DNA of 64,000 bases from Amphiscolops sp. MND2022 (taxonomy: Eukaryota), in the NCBI GenBank assembly GCA_964187785.1, contig OZ076409.1:23314001-23378000 (forward strand), given 5' to 3'. The position numbers and the translations under genes were made by a program. This document shows, piece after piece, positions 38,571 through 52,550 of the stretch (position 1 is its first letter; every line of letters begins with the position of its first letter). The notes below the pieces were generated by a model. That model saw only the letters and a program-made list of their open reading frames with translations, was not told where the DNA came from and searched no databases.

Positions 38571-40599
38571 TGCGATTTTCAGTGTGTGTTCCGCTGATAT
38601 ATTTGAAAGTTCAGATTTTTTCTGTAGTTTTCAGTCTGTTTTCCGCCGATATGTTTGAAGGTTCAGATTTTTTTTGTGGTTTTCGGTCTAATATATTTGA
38701 AAGTTCAGATTTGTTTTCGTGGTTTTCAGTCTGCTTTCCGCTGATATATTTGAAAGTTCAATTTTTTTTCGTAGTTTTCAGTCTGTTTTCCGCTGATATA
38801 TTTGAAAGTTCAGATTTTTTTGTAGTTTTCAGTCTGTTTTCCGCTGATATATTTGAAAGTTCAGATTTTTTTGTGATTTTCAGTCTCTGTTCCGCTGCTA
38901 TATTTGAAAGTTCAGAGTTGTTTTTGTGGTTTTCAGTCTGTTTTTCGCTGATATTTTTGAAAGTTCAGATTTTTTCGTAGTTTTCAGTCTGTTTTCCGCT
39001 GATGTAATTGAAAATTTAGATTTGTTTTTGTGGTTTTCAGTCTGTTTCCCGCTGATAGTTTTGAAAATTCAGATTTTTTTTGTAGTTTTCAGTCTGTTTT
39101 CCGCTGCTATATTTGAAAGTTCAGAATTGTTTTCGTGGTTTTCAGTCTGTTTTCCGCTGATATTTTTGAAAGTTCAGAACTTTTTATAGCTTTCAGTCCG
39201 TTTTCCGCTGATATATTTGAAAGTTCAGGTTTGTTTTCGTGGTTTTCATTCTGTTTTCCGCTAATATTTTTGAAAATTCAGTTTTTTTTTCGTAGTTTTC
39301 AGTCTGTTTTCCGCTGATATATTTGAAAGTTCAGATTTTTTTCGTGGTTTTCAGTCTGCTTTCTGCTGATATATTTGAAAGTTCAGATTTTTTTGTGATT
39401 TTCAATCTGTTTTCCACTGATATATATTCGAAAGTTCAGTTTTTTTCGTGGTTTTCAGTCTGTTTTCCGCTGATATATATAAAAGTTCAGTTTTTTTGTG
39501 ATTTTCAGTCTGTTTTCCGCTGATATTTTTGAAAATTCAGTTTTTTTCGTAGTTTTCAGTCTGTTTTCTGCTGATATATTTGAAAGTTCAGATTTTTTTT
39601 GTGGTTTTCAGTCTGTTTTCCGCTGATATATTTGAAAGTTCAGATATTTTCTGTAGTTTTCAGTCTGTTTTCCGCTGATATATTTGAAAGTTCAGATTTT
39701 TTTGTGATTTTCAGTCTCTGTTCCGCTGCTATATTTGAAAGTTCAGAATTGTTTTTGTGGTTTTCAGTCTGTTTTCCGCTGATATATTTGAAAGTTCAGA
39801 TTTTTTTTGCGATTTTTAGTCTGTGTTCCGCTGATATATTTGAAAGTTCAGATTTTTTCTGTAGTTTTCAGTCTGTTTTCCGCCGATATGTTTGAAGGTT
39901 CAGATTTTTTTGTGGTTTTCGGTCTAATATATTTGAAAGTTCAGATTTGTTTTCGTGGTTTTCAGTCTGTTTTCCGCTGATATATTTGAAAGTTCAGATT
40001 TTTTTTCGTAGTTTTCAGTCTGTTTTCCGCTGATATATTTGAAAGTTCAGATTTTTTTTGTAGTTTTCAGTCTGTTTTCCGCTGATATGTTTGAAAGTTC
40101 AGATTTTTTTGTGATTTTCAGTCTCTGTTCCGCTGCTATATTTGAAAGTTCAGAATTGTTTTTGTGGTTTTCAGTCTGTTTTCCGCTGATATTTTTGAAA
40201 GTTCAGATTTTTTTCGTAGTTTTCAGTCTGTTTTCCGCCGATATGTTTGAAGGTTCAGATTTTTTTTTGTAGTTTTCAGTCTGTTTTCCGCTGATATATT
40301 TGAAAGTTCAGATTTTTTTCGTGGTTTTCAGTCTGTTTTCCGCTGATATATTTGAAAGTTCAGATTTTTTTGTGATTTTCAGTCTGTTTTCCACTGATAT
40401 ATTTGAAAGTTCAGTTTTTTTCGTGGTTTTTGGTCTGTTTTCCGCTGATATATACAAAAGTTCAGTTTTTTTAGGATTTTCAGTCTGTTTTCCGCTGATA
40501 TAATTGAAAGTTCAGATTTTTTTTGTGGTTTTCGGTCTAATATATTTGAAAGTTCAGATTTGTTTTCGTGGTTTTCAGTCTGTTTTCCGCTGATATATT

Positions 40600-43500
40600 T
40601 GAAAGTTCAGATTTTTTCGTGGTTTTCGGTCTAATATATTTGAATGTTCAGATTTGTTTTCGTGGTTTTCAGTCTGTTCTCCGCTGATATATTTGAAAGT
40701 TCAGATTTTTTTCGTAGTTTTCAGTCTGTTTCCCGCTGATATATTTGAAAGTTCAGATTTTTTTTGTAGTTTTCAGTCTGTTTTCCGCTGATATATTTGA
40801 AAGTTCAGATTTTTTTGCGATTTTCAGTCTGTGTTCCGCTGATATATTTGAAAGTTCAAATTTTTTTCGTAGTTTTCAGTCTGTTTTCCGCTGATATATT
40901 TGAAGGTTCAGATTTTTTTGTGGTTTTCGGTCTAATATATTTGAAAAATCAGAATTGTTTTCGTGGTTCTCAGTCTGTTTTCCGCTGATATATTTGAAAG
41001 TTCACATTTTTTCCGTAGTTTTCAGTGTTTTTTCCGCTGATATGTTTGAAAGATCAGATTTGTTTTGTGGTTTTCGGTCTAATATATTTGAAAGTTCAGA
41101 TTTGCTTTCGTGGTTCTCAGTCTGTTTTCCGCTGATATATTTGAAAGTTCAGATTTTTTTCTTAGTTTTCAGTCTGTTTTCCGCTGATATATTTGAAAGT
41201 TCAGATTTTTTTTGTGGTTTTCGGTCTAATATATTTGAAACTTCAGATTTGTTCTCGTGAGATTCAGTCTGTTTTCCGCTGATATAGTTGAAAGTTCAGA
41301 TTTTTTTTGCGATTTTCAGTCTGTGTTCCGCTGATATATTTGAAAGTTCAAATTTTTTCGTAGTTTTCAGTCTGTTTTCCGCTGATATATTTGAAGGTTC
41401 AGATTTTTTTGTGGTTTTCGGTCTAATATATTTGAAAATTCAGAATTGTTTTCGTGGTTCTCAGTCTGTTTTCCGCTGATATATTTGAAAGTTCAGATTT
41501 TTTTGTGATTTTCAGTCTGTTTTCCGCTGATATCTTTGAAAGTTCAGATTTTTTCCGTAGCTTTCAGTCTGTTTTCCGCTGATATATTTGAAAGTTCAGA
41601 TTTTTTTGTGGTTTTCGGTCTAATATATTTGAATGTTCAGATTTGTTTTCGTGGTTTTCAGTCTGTTCTCCGCTGATATATTTGAAAGTTCAGATTTTTT
41701 TCGTAGTTTTCAGTCTGTTTCCCGCTGATATATTTGAAAGTTCAGATTTTTTTTGTAGTTTTCAGTCTGTTTTCCGCTGATATATTTGAAAGTTCAGATT
41801 TTTTTGCGATTTTCAGTCTGTGTTCCGCTGATATATTTGAAAGTTCAAATTTTTTTCGTAGTTTTCAGTCTGTTTTCCGCTGATATATTTGAAGGTTCAG
41901 ATTTTTTTGTGGTTTTCGGTCTAATATATTTGAAAAATCAGAATTGTTTTCGTGGTTCTCAGTCTGTTTTCCGCTGATATATTTGAAAGTTCACATTTTT
42001 TCCGTAGTTTTCAGTCTTTTTTCCGCTGATATGTTTGAAAGATCAGATTTGTTTTGTGGTTTTCGGTCTAATATATTTGAAAGTTCAGATTTGCTTTCGT
42101 GGTTCTCAGTCTGTTTTCCGCTGATATATTTGAAAGTTCAGATTTTTTTCTTAGTTTTCAGTCTGTTTTCCGCTGATATATTTGAAAGTTCAGATTTTTT
42201 TTGTGGTTTTCGGTCTAATATATTTGAAACTTCAGATTTGTTCTCGTGAGATTCAGTCTGTTTTCCGCTGATATAGTTGAAAGTTCAGATTTTTTTGCGA
42301 TTTTCAGTCTGTGTTCCGCTGATATATTTGAAAGTTCAAATTTTTTCGTAGTTTTCAGTCTGTTTTCCGCTGATATATTTGAAGGTTCAGATTTTTTTGT
42401 GGTTTTCGGTCTAATATATTTGAAAATTCAGAATTGTTTTCGTGGTTCTCAGTCTGTTTTCCGCTGATATATTTGAAAGTTCACATTTTTTTCCGTAGTT
42501 TTCAGTCTTTTTTCCGCTGATATGTTTGAAAGATCAGATTTGTTTTGTGGTTTTCGGTCTAATATATTTGAAAGTTCAGATTTGCTTTCGTGGTTCTCAG
42601 TCTGTTTTCCGCTGATATATTTGAAAGTTCAGATTTTTTTCTTAGTTTTCAGTCTGTTTTCCGCTGATATATTTGAAAGTTCAGATTTTTTTTGTGGTTT
42701 TCGGTCTAATATGTTTGAAACTTCAGATTTGTTCTCGTGAGATTCAGTCTGTTTTCCGCTGATATATTTGAAAGTTCAGATTTTTTTTCGTAGTTTTCAG
42801 TCTGTTTTCCGCTGATATATTTGAAAGTTCAGATTTGTTTTCGTGGTTTTCTGTCTGTTTTCCGCTGATATTTTTGAAAGTTCAGATTTTTTTGAAGTTT
42901 TCAGTCTGTTTTCCGCTAATTTATTTGGAAGTTCAGATTTTTTTGTAGTTTTCAGTCTGTTTTCCGCTAGTATATTTGAAAGTTCAGATTTTTTGTGGTT
43001 TTCGGTCTAATATTTTTGAAAATTCAGATTTGTTTTTGTGGTTTTCAGTCTGTTTTCCGCTGATATATTTGAAAGTTCAGACTTTTGTCGTAGTTTTCAG
43101 TCTGTTTTCCGCTGATATAATTGAAAGTTCAGATTTTTTTTGTGGTTTTCGGTCTAATATATTTGAAAGTTCAGATTTGTTTTCGTGGTTTTCAGTCTGT
43201 TTTCCGCTGATATATTTAAAAGTTCAGATTTTTTTGTAGTTTTCAGTCTGTTTTCCGCTGATATGTTTGAAAGTTCAGATTTTTTTGTGGTTTTCGGTCT
43301 AAAGCATTTGAAAGTTTAGATTTTTTTCGTAGTTTTCAGTCTGTTTTCCGCTGATATATTTGAAAGTTCAGATTTATTTCGTGGTTTTCAGTCTGTTTTC
43401 CGCTGATAAATTTGAAAGTTCAGGTTTTTTTGTGGTTTTCGGTCTAATATATTTGAAAATTCAGAATTGTTTTCGTGGTTCTCAGTCTGTTTTCCGCTGA

Positions 43501-46500
43501 TATATTTGAAAGTTCACATTTTTTTCCGTAATTTTCAGTCTTTTTTCCGCTGATATGTTTGAAAGATCAGATTTGTTTTGTGGTTTTTGGTCTAATATAT
43601 TTGAAAGTTCAGATTTGCTTTCGTGGTTCTCAGTCTGTTTTCCGCTGATATATTTGAAAGTTCAGATTTTTTTCTTAGTTTTCAGTCTGTTTTCCGCTGA
43701 TATATTTGAAAGTTCAGATTTTTTTTGTGGTTTTCGGTCTAATATATTTGAAACTTCAGATTTGTTCTCGTGAGATTCAGTCTGTTTTCCGCTGATATAT
43801 TTGAAAGTTCAGATTTTTTTCGTAGTTTTCAGTCTGTTTTCCGCTGATATATTTGAAAGTTCAGATTTGTTTTCGTGGTTTTCTGTCTGTTTTCCGCTGA
43901 TATTTTTGAAAGTTCAGATTTTTTTGTAGTTTTCAGTCTGTTTTCCGCTGATTTATTTGAAAGTTCAGATTTTTTTGTAGTTTTCAGTCTGTTTTCCGCT
44001 GATATAATTGAAAGTTCAGATTTTTTTTGTGGTTTTCGGTCTAATATATTTGAAAGTTCAGATTTGTTTTCGTGGTTTTCAGTCTGTTTTCCGCTGATAT
44101 ATTTAAAAGTTCAGATTTTTTTGTAGTTTTCAGTCTGTTTTCCGCTGATATGTTTGAAAGTTCAGATTTTTTTGTGGTTTTCGGTCCAAAACATTTGAAA
44201 GTTCAGATTTTTTTTCGTAGTTTTCAGTCTGTTTTCCGCTGATATATCTGAAAGTTCAGATTTATTTCGTGGTTTTCAGTCTGTTTTCCGCTGATAAATT
44301 TGAAAGTTCAGATTTTTTTGTGGTTTTCGGTCTAATATATTTGAAAATTCAGAATTGTTTTCGTGGTTCTCAGTCTGTTTTCCGCTGATATATTTGAAAG
44401 TTCACATTTTTTTCCGTAGTTTTCAGTCTTTTTTCCGCTGATATGTTTGAAAGATCAGATTTGTTTTGTGGTTTTCGGTCTAATATATTTGAAAGTTCAG
44501 ATTTGCTTTCGTGGTTCTCAGTCTGTTTTCCGCTGATATATTTGAAAGTTCAGATTTTTTTCTTAGTTTTCAGTCTGTTTTCCGCTGATATATTTGAAAG
44601 TTCAGATTTTTTTTGTGGTTTTCGGTCTAATATATTTGAAACTTCAGATTTGTTCACGTGAGATTCAGTCTGTTTTCCGCTGATATATTTGAAAGTTCAG
44701 ATTTTTTTCGTAGTTTCAGTCTGTTTTCCGCTGATATATTTGAAAGTTCAGATTTGTTTTCGTGGTTTTCTGTCTGTTTTCCGCTGATATTTTTGAAAGT
44801 TCAGATTTTTTCGTAGTTTTCAGTCTGTTTTCCGCTGATTTATTTGAAAGTTCAGATTTTTTTGTAGTTTTCAGTCTGTTTTCCGCTAATATATTTGAAA
44901 GTTCAGATTTTTTTGTGGTTTTCGGTCTAATATTTTTGAAAATTCAGATTTGTTTTCGTGGTTTTCAGTCTGTTTTCTGCTGATATAGTTGAAAGTTCAG
45001 ACTCTTGTCGTAGTTTTCAGTCTGTTTTCCGCTGATATAATTGAAAGTTCAGATTTTTTTTGTGGTTTTCGGTCTAATATAATTGAAAGTTCAGATTTGT
45101 TTTCGTGGTTTTCAGTCTGTTTTCCGCTGATATATTTAAAAGTTCAGATTTTTTTGTAGTTTTCAGTCTGTTTTCCGCTGATATGTTTGAAAGTTCAGAT
45201 TTTTTTGTGGTTTTCGGTCTAAAACATTTCAAAGTTCAGATTTTTTTTCGTAGTTTTCAGTCTGTTTTCCGCTGATATATTTGAAAGTTCAGATTTATTA
45301 CGTGGTTTTCAGTCTGTTTTCCGCTGATAAATTTGGAAGTTCAGATTTGTTCTCGTGGTTTTCAGTCTGTTTTCCGCTGATATATTTGAAAATTCAGGAT
45401 TTTCTTCGAAGTTTTCAGTCTGTTTTCCGCTGATATATTTGAAAGTTCAGATATTTTTTTGTGGTTTTCGGTCTAATATATTTGAAAGTTCAGATTTGTT
45501 TTTGTGGTTTTCAGTCTGTTTTCCGCTGATGTATTTGAAAATTCAGATTTTTTTCGTAGTTTTCCGTCTGTTTTCCGCTGAAATAGTTGAAAGTTCAGAT
45601 ATTTTTGTTGTTTTCGGTCTAGTGTATTTGAAAGTTCAGATTTGTTTTCGTGGTTTTCAGTCTGTTTTCCGCTGATATATTTGAAAGTTCAGATTTTTTT
45701 CATAATTTTCAGTCTGTTTTCCGCTGATATATTTGAAAGTTCAGATTTTTTTCTTAGTTTTCAGTCTGTTTTCCGCTGATATATTTGAAAGTTCAGATTT
45801 TTTTTGTGGTTTTCGGTCTAATATATTTGAAACTTCAGATTTGTTCACGTGAGATTCAGTCTGTTTTCCGCTGATATATTTGAAAGTTCAGATTTTTTTC
45901 GTAGTTTCAGTCTGTTTTCCGCTGATATATTTGAAAGTTCAGATTTGTTTTCGTGGTTTTCTGTCTGTTTTCCGCTGATATTTTTGAAAGTTCAAATTTT
46001 TTCGTAGTTTTCACTCTGTTTTCCGCTGATTTATTTGAAAGTTCAGATTTTTTTGTAGTTTTCAGTCTGTTTTCCGCTAATATATTTGAAAGTTCAGATT
46101 TTTTTGTGGTTTTCGGTCTAATATTTTTGAAAATTCAGATTTGTTTTCGTGGTTTTCAGTCTGTTTTCTGCTGATATAGTTGAAAGTTCAGACTCTTGTC
46201 GTAGTTTTCAGTCTGTTTTCCGCTGATATAATTGAAAGTTCAGATTTTTTTTGTGGTTTTCGGTCTAATATAATTGAAAGTTCAGATTTGTTTTCGTGGT
46301 TTTCAGTCTGTTTTCCGCTGATATATTTAAAAGTTCAGATTTTTTTGTAGTTTTCAGTCTGTTTTCCGCTGATATGTTTGAAAGTTCAGATTTTTTTGTG
46401 GTTTTCGGTCTAAAACATTTCAAAGTTCAGATTTTTTTTCGTAGTTTTCAGTCTGTTTTCCGCTGATATATTTGAAAGTTCAGATTTATTACGTGGTTTT

Positions 46501-46790
46501 CAGTCTGTTTTCCGCTGATAAATTTGGAAGTTCAGATTTGTTCTCGTGGTTTTCAGTCTGTTTTCCGCTGATATATTTGAAAGTTCAGGATTTTCTTCGA
46601 AGTTTTCAGTCTGTTTTCCGCTGATATATTTGAAAGTTCAGATTTTTTTTTGTGGTTTTCGGTCTAATATATTTGAAAGTTCAGATTTGTTTTTGTGGTT
46701 TTCAGTCTGTTTTCTGCTGATGTATTTGAAAATTCAGATTTTTTTCGTAGTTTTCCGTCTGTTTTCCGCTGAAATGTTGAAAGTTCAGAT
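40600..46790 (+). repeat. Series of related ~0.5-1.2-kb blocks marked by GTTCTCGTGAGATTCAG / GTTCACGTGAGATTCAG
   Basis: Marker near 41251, 42240, 42731, 43763, 44652 and 45843. ORF pairs 40797/41786 (989), 44762/45953 and 45355/46546 (1191). Confidence 0.82.
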
Positions 46791-49069
46791 ATTTTTTTGT
46801 GGTTTTCGGTCTAATATATTTGAAAGTTCAGATTTGTTTTTGTGGTTTTCAGTCTGTTTTCCGCTGATGTATTTGAAAATTCAGATTTTTTTCGTAGTTT
46901 TCCGTCTGTTTTCCGCTGAAATAGTTGAAAGTTCAGATATTTTTGTTGTTTTCGGTCTAGTGTATTTGAAAGTTCAGATTTGTTTTCGTGGTTTTCAGTC
47001 TGTTTTCCGCTGATATATTTGAAAGTTCAGATTTTTTTCATAATTTTCAGTCTGTTTTCCGCTGGTATATTTGAAAGTTCAGATTTTTTTTTGTGGTTTT
47101 TGGTCTAATATATTTGAAAGTTCAGATTTGTTTTTGTGGTTTTCAGTCTGTTTTCCGCTGATGTATTTGAAAGTTCAGATTTTTTTCGTAGTTTTCCGTC
47201 TGTTTTCCGCTGAAATAGTTGAAAGTTCAGATATTTTTGTTGTTTTCGGTCTAATGTATTTGAAAGTTCAGATTTGTTTTCATGGTTTTCAGTCTGTTTT
47301 CCGCTGACAACTTTGAAAGTTCTTATTTTTTTTCGTAGTTTTCAGTTTGTTTGCCGCTGATAAATTTGAAAGTTCAGATTTTTTTCGGAGTTTTCAGTCT
47401 GTTTCACGCTGATATATTTGAAAGTTCAGATTTTTTTTGTGATTTTCAGTCTGTTTTCCGCTGATATGTTTGAAAGTTCAGATTTTTTTCGTAGTTTTCA
47501 GTCTGTTTTCCGCTGATATATTTGAAAGTTCAGATTTTTTTTGGTGGTTTTCGGTCTAATATATTTGAAAGTTCAGATTTGTTTTTGTGGTTTTCAGTCT
47601 GTTTTCCGCTGATGTATTTGAAAGTTCAGATTTTTTTCGTAGTTTTCCGTCTGTTTTCCGCTGAAATAGTTGAAAGTTCAGATATTTTTGTTGTTTTCGG
47701 TCTAATGTATTTGAAAGTTCAGATTTGTTTTCGTGGTTTTCAGTCTGTTTTCCGCTGATATATTTGAAAGTTCAGATTTTTTTCATAATTTTCAGTCTGT
47801 TTTCCGCTGATATATTTGAAAGTTCAGATTTTTTTTGTGGTTTTCGGTCTAATATATTTGAAAGTTCAGATTTGTTTTTGTGGTTTTCAGTCTGTTTTCC
47901 GCTGATGTATTTGAAAGTTCAGATTTTTTTCGTAGTTTTCCGTCCGTTTTCCGCTGAAATAGTTGAAAGTTCAGATATTTTTGTTGTTTTCGGTCTAATG
48001 TATTTGAAAGTTCAGATTTGTTTTCGTGGTTTTCAGTCTGTTTTCCGCTGACAACTTTGAAAGTTCTTTTTTTTTTTCATAGTTTTCAGTTTGTTTTCCG
48101 CTGATAAATTTGAAAGTTCAGATTTTTTCGGAGTTTTCAGTCTGTTTTCCGCTGATATATTTGAAAGTTCAGATTTTTTTTGTGATTTTCAGTCTGTTTT
48201 CCGCTGATATGTTTGAAAGTTCAGATTTTTTTCGTAGTTTTCAGTCTGTTTTCCGCTGATATATTTGAAAGTTCAGATTTTTTTTGTGGTTTTCGGTCTA
48301 ATATATTTGAAAGTTCAGATTTGTTTTTGTGGTTTTCAGTCTGTTTTCCGCTGATGTATTTGAAAGTTCAGATTTTTTTCGTAGTTTTCCGTCTGTTTTC
48401 CGCTGAAATAGTTGAAAGTTCAGATGTTTTTGTTGTTTTCGGTCTAATGTATTTGAAAGTTCAGATTTGTTTTCGTGGTTTTCAGTCTGTTTTCCGCTGA
48501 TATATTTGAAAGTTCAGATTTTTTTCATAATTTTCAGTCTGTTTTCCGCTGATATATTTGAAAGTTCAGATTTTTTTGTGATTTTCAGTCTGTTTTCCGC
48601 TGATATCTTTGAAAGTTCAGATTTTTTCCGTAGCTTTCAGTCTGTTTTCCGCTGATATATTTGAAAGTTCAGATTTTTTTGTGGTTTTCGGTCTAATGTA
48701 TTTGAAAGTTCAGATTTGTTTTCGTGGTTTTCAGTCTGTTTTCCGCTGATATGTTTGAAAGTTCAGATTTTTTTCGTAGTTTTCAGTCTGTTTTCCGCTG
48801 ATATATTTGAAAGTTCAGATTTTTTTTGTGGTTTTCGGTCTAATATATTTGAAAGTTCAGATTTGTTTTCGTGGTTTTCAGTCTGTTTTCCGCTGATATA
48901 TTTGAAAGTTCAGATTTTTTTTGTAGTTTTCCGTCTGTTTTCTGCTGATATAGTTGAAAGTTCAGTTTTTTTTGTGGTTTTCGGTCTAATATATTTGAAA
49001 GTTCAGATTTGTTTTCGTGGTTTTCAAACTGGTTTCCGCTGATATATTTGAAAGTTCAGATTTTTTTCA

Positions 49070-52000
49070 TAGTTTTCAGTCTGTTTTCCGCTGATATAAT
49101 TAAAAGTTCAGATTTTTTGTGATTTTCAGTCTGTTTCCCGCTGATATATTCGAAAGTTCAGATTTTTTCCGTAGCTTTCAGTCTGTTTTCCGCTGATATA
49201 TTTGAAAGTTCAGATTTTTTTTCTGGTTTTCGATCTATTATATTTGAAAGTTCAGATTTGTTTTCGTGGTTTTCAGTCTGTTTTCCGCTGATATATTTGA
49301 CAGTTCAGATTTTCTTCGTAGTTTTCAGTCTGTTTTCCTCTGATATATTTGAAATTTCAGATTCTTTTTGTGGTTTTCGGTCTAATATATTTGAAAGTTC
49401 AGATTTGTTTTCGTGGTTTTCAGTCTGTTTTCCGCTGATATATTTGAAAGTTCAGATTGTTTTCTTGGTTTTCAGTCTGTTTTCCGCTGATATATTTAAA
49501 AGTTCAGTTTTTTTCGTGGTTCTCAGTCTGTTTTCCGCTGATATATTTGAAAGTTCAGATTTTTTTGTGGTTTTCGGTCTAATATTTTTGAAAGTTCAGA
49601 TTTGTTTTCGTGGTTTTCAGTCTGTTTTCCGCTGATATATTTGAAAGTTCAGACTTTTGTCGTAGTTTTCAGTCTGTTTTCCGCTGATATATTTAAAAGT
49701 TCAGATTTTTTTGTAGTTTTCAGTCTGTTTTCCGCTGATATGTTTGAAAATTCAGATTTTTTCGTGGTTTTCGGTCTAAAACATTTGAAAGTTCAGATTT
49801 TTTTTCGCAGTTTTCAGTCTGTTTTCCGCTGATATAATTAAAAGTTCAGATTTTTTGTGATTTTCAGTCTGTTTCCCGCTGATATATTCGAAAGTTCAGA
49901 TTTTTTCCGTAGCTTTCAGTCTGTTTTCCGCTGATATATTTGAAAGTTCAGATTTTTTTTCTGGTTTTCGATCTATTATATTTGAAAGTTCAGATTTGTT
50001 TTCGTGGTTTTCAGTCTGTTTTCCGCTGATATATTTGACAGTTCAGATTTTCTTCGTAGTTTTCAGTCTGTTTTCCTCTGATATATTTGAAATTTCAGAT
50101 TCTTTTTGTGGTTTTCGGTCTAATATATTTGAAAGTTCAGATTTGTTTTCGTGGTTTTCAGTCTGTTTTCCGCTGATATATTTGAAAGTTCAGATTGTTT
50201 TCTTGGTTTTCAGTCTGTTTTCCGCTGATATATTTAAAAGTTCAGTTTTTTTCGTGGTTCTCAGTCTGTTTTCCGCTGATATATTTGAAAGTTCAGATTT
50301 TTTTGTGGTTTTCGGTCTAATATTTTTGAAAGTTCAGATTTGTTTTCGTGGTTTTCAGTCTGTTTTCCGCTGATATATTTGAAAGTTCAGACTTTTGTCG
50401 TAGTTTTCAGTCTGTTTTCCGCTGATATATTTAAAAGTTCAGATTTTTTTGTAGTTTTCAGTCTGTTTTCCGCTGATATGTTTGAAAGTTCAGATTTTTT
50501 CGTGGTTTTCGGTCTAAAACATTTGAAAGTTCAGATTTTTTTTCGCAGTTTTCAGTCTGTTTTCCGCTGATATAGTTGAAAGTTCAGATTTTTTTGCGAT
50601 TTTCAGTCTGTTTTCCGCTGATATATTTGAAAGTTCAAGCTTTTTCCGTAGCTTTCAGTCTGTTTTCCGCTGATATATTTGAAAGTTCAGATTTTTTTGT
50701 GGTTTTTGATCTAATCTATTTGAAAGTTCAGATTTGTTTTCGTGGTTTTCAGTCTGATTTCCGCTGATATATTTGACAGTTCAGATATTTTTCGTAGTTT
50801 TCAGTCTGTTTTCCTCTGATATATTTGAAAGTTCAGATTTTTTTGTGGTTTTCGGTCTAATATATTTGAAAGTTCAGATTTGTTTTCGTGGTTTTCAGTC
50901 TGTTTTCCGCTGATATATTTGAAAGTTCAGATTTTTTTTCATAGTTTTCAGTCTGTTTTCCGCTGATATATTTAAAAGTTCAGATTTTTTTGCGATTTTC
51001 AGTCTGTTTTCCGCTGATATATTTGAAAGTTCAGGTTTTTTCCGTAGCTTTCAGTCTGTTTTCCGCTGATATATTTGAAAGTTCAGATTTTTTTGTGATT
51101 TTTGATCTAATATATTTGAAAGTTCAGATTTGTTTTCGTGGTTTTCAGTCTGATTTCCGCTGATATATTTGACAGTTCAGATGTTTTTCGTAGTTTTCAG
51201 TCTGTTTTCCTCTGATATATTTGAAAGTTCAGATTTTTTTGTGGTTTTCGGTCTAATTTATTTGAAAGTTCAGATTTGTTTTCGTGGTTTTCAGTCTGTT
51301 TTCTGCTGATATATTTGAATGTTCAGATTTTTTTCTTGGTTTTCAGTCTGTTTTCCGCTGATATATTTAAAAGTTCAGTTTTTTTTTCGTAGATTTCAGT
51401 CTGTTTTCCGCTGATATATTTGAAAGTTCAGATTTTTTTGTGGTTTTCGGTCTAATATATTTGAAAGTTCAGATTTTTTTTCGTGGTTTTCAGTCTGTTT
51501 TCCGCTGATATATTTAAAAGTTCAGATTTTTTTGTAGTTTTCAGTCTGTTTTCCGCTGATATGTTTGAAAGTTCAGATTTTTTCGTGGTTTTCGGTCTAA
51601 AACATTTGAAAGTTCAGATTTTTTTTCGCAGTTTTCAGTCTGTTTTCCGCTGATATAGTTGAAAGTTCAGATTTTTTTGCGATTTTCAGTCTGTTTTCCG
51701 CTGATATATTTGAAAGTTCAAGCTTTTTCCGTAGCTTTCAGTCTGTTTTCCGCTGATATATTTGAAAGTTCAGATTTTTTTGTGGTTTTTGATCTAATCT
51801 ATTTGAAAGTTCAGATTTGTTTTCGTGGTTTTCAGTCTGATTTCCGCTGATATATTTGACAGTTCAGATATTTTTCGTAGTTTTCAGTCTGTTTTCCTCT
51901 GATATATTTGAAAGTTCAGATTTTTTTGTGGTTTTCGGTCTAATATATTTGAAAGTTCAGATTTGTTTTCGTGGTTTTCAGTCTGTTTTCCGCTGATATA

Positions 52001-52550
52001 TTTGAAAGTTCAGATTTTTTTTCATAGTTTTCAGTCTGTTTTCCGCTGATATATTTAAAAGTTCAGATTTTTTTGCGATTTTCAGTCTGTTTTCCGCTGA
52101 TATATTTGAAAGTTCAGGTTTTTTCCGTAGCTTTCAGTCTGTTTTCCGCTGATATATTTGAAAGTTCAGATTTTTTTGTGATTTTTGATCTAATATATTT
52201 GAAAGTTCAGATTTGTTTTCGTGGTTTTCAGTCTGATTTCCGCTGATATATTTGACAGTTCAGATGTTTTTCGTAGTTTTCAGTCTGTTTTCCTCTGATA
52301 TATTTGAAAGTTCAGATTTTTTTGTGGTTTTCGGTCTAATTTATTTGAAAGTTCAGATTTGTTTTCGTGGTTTTCAGTCTGTTTTCTGCTGATATATTTG
52401 AATGTTCAGATTTTTTTCTTGGTTTTCAGTCTGTTTTCCGCTGATATATTTAAAAGTTCAGTTTTTTTTCGTAGATTTCAGTCTGTTTTCCGCTGATATA
52501 TTTGAAAGTTCAGATTTTTTTGTGGTTTTCGGTCTAATATATTTGAAAGT
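49070..52550 (+). repeat. Adjacent tandem duplications with 738-bp and 1083-bp units
   Basis: Identical ORFs at 49258/49996 (738) and 50576/51659 (1083). Related blocks recur near 52954 and 55020. Confidence 0.85.
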
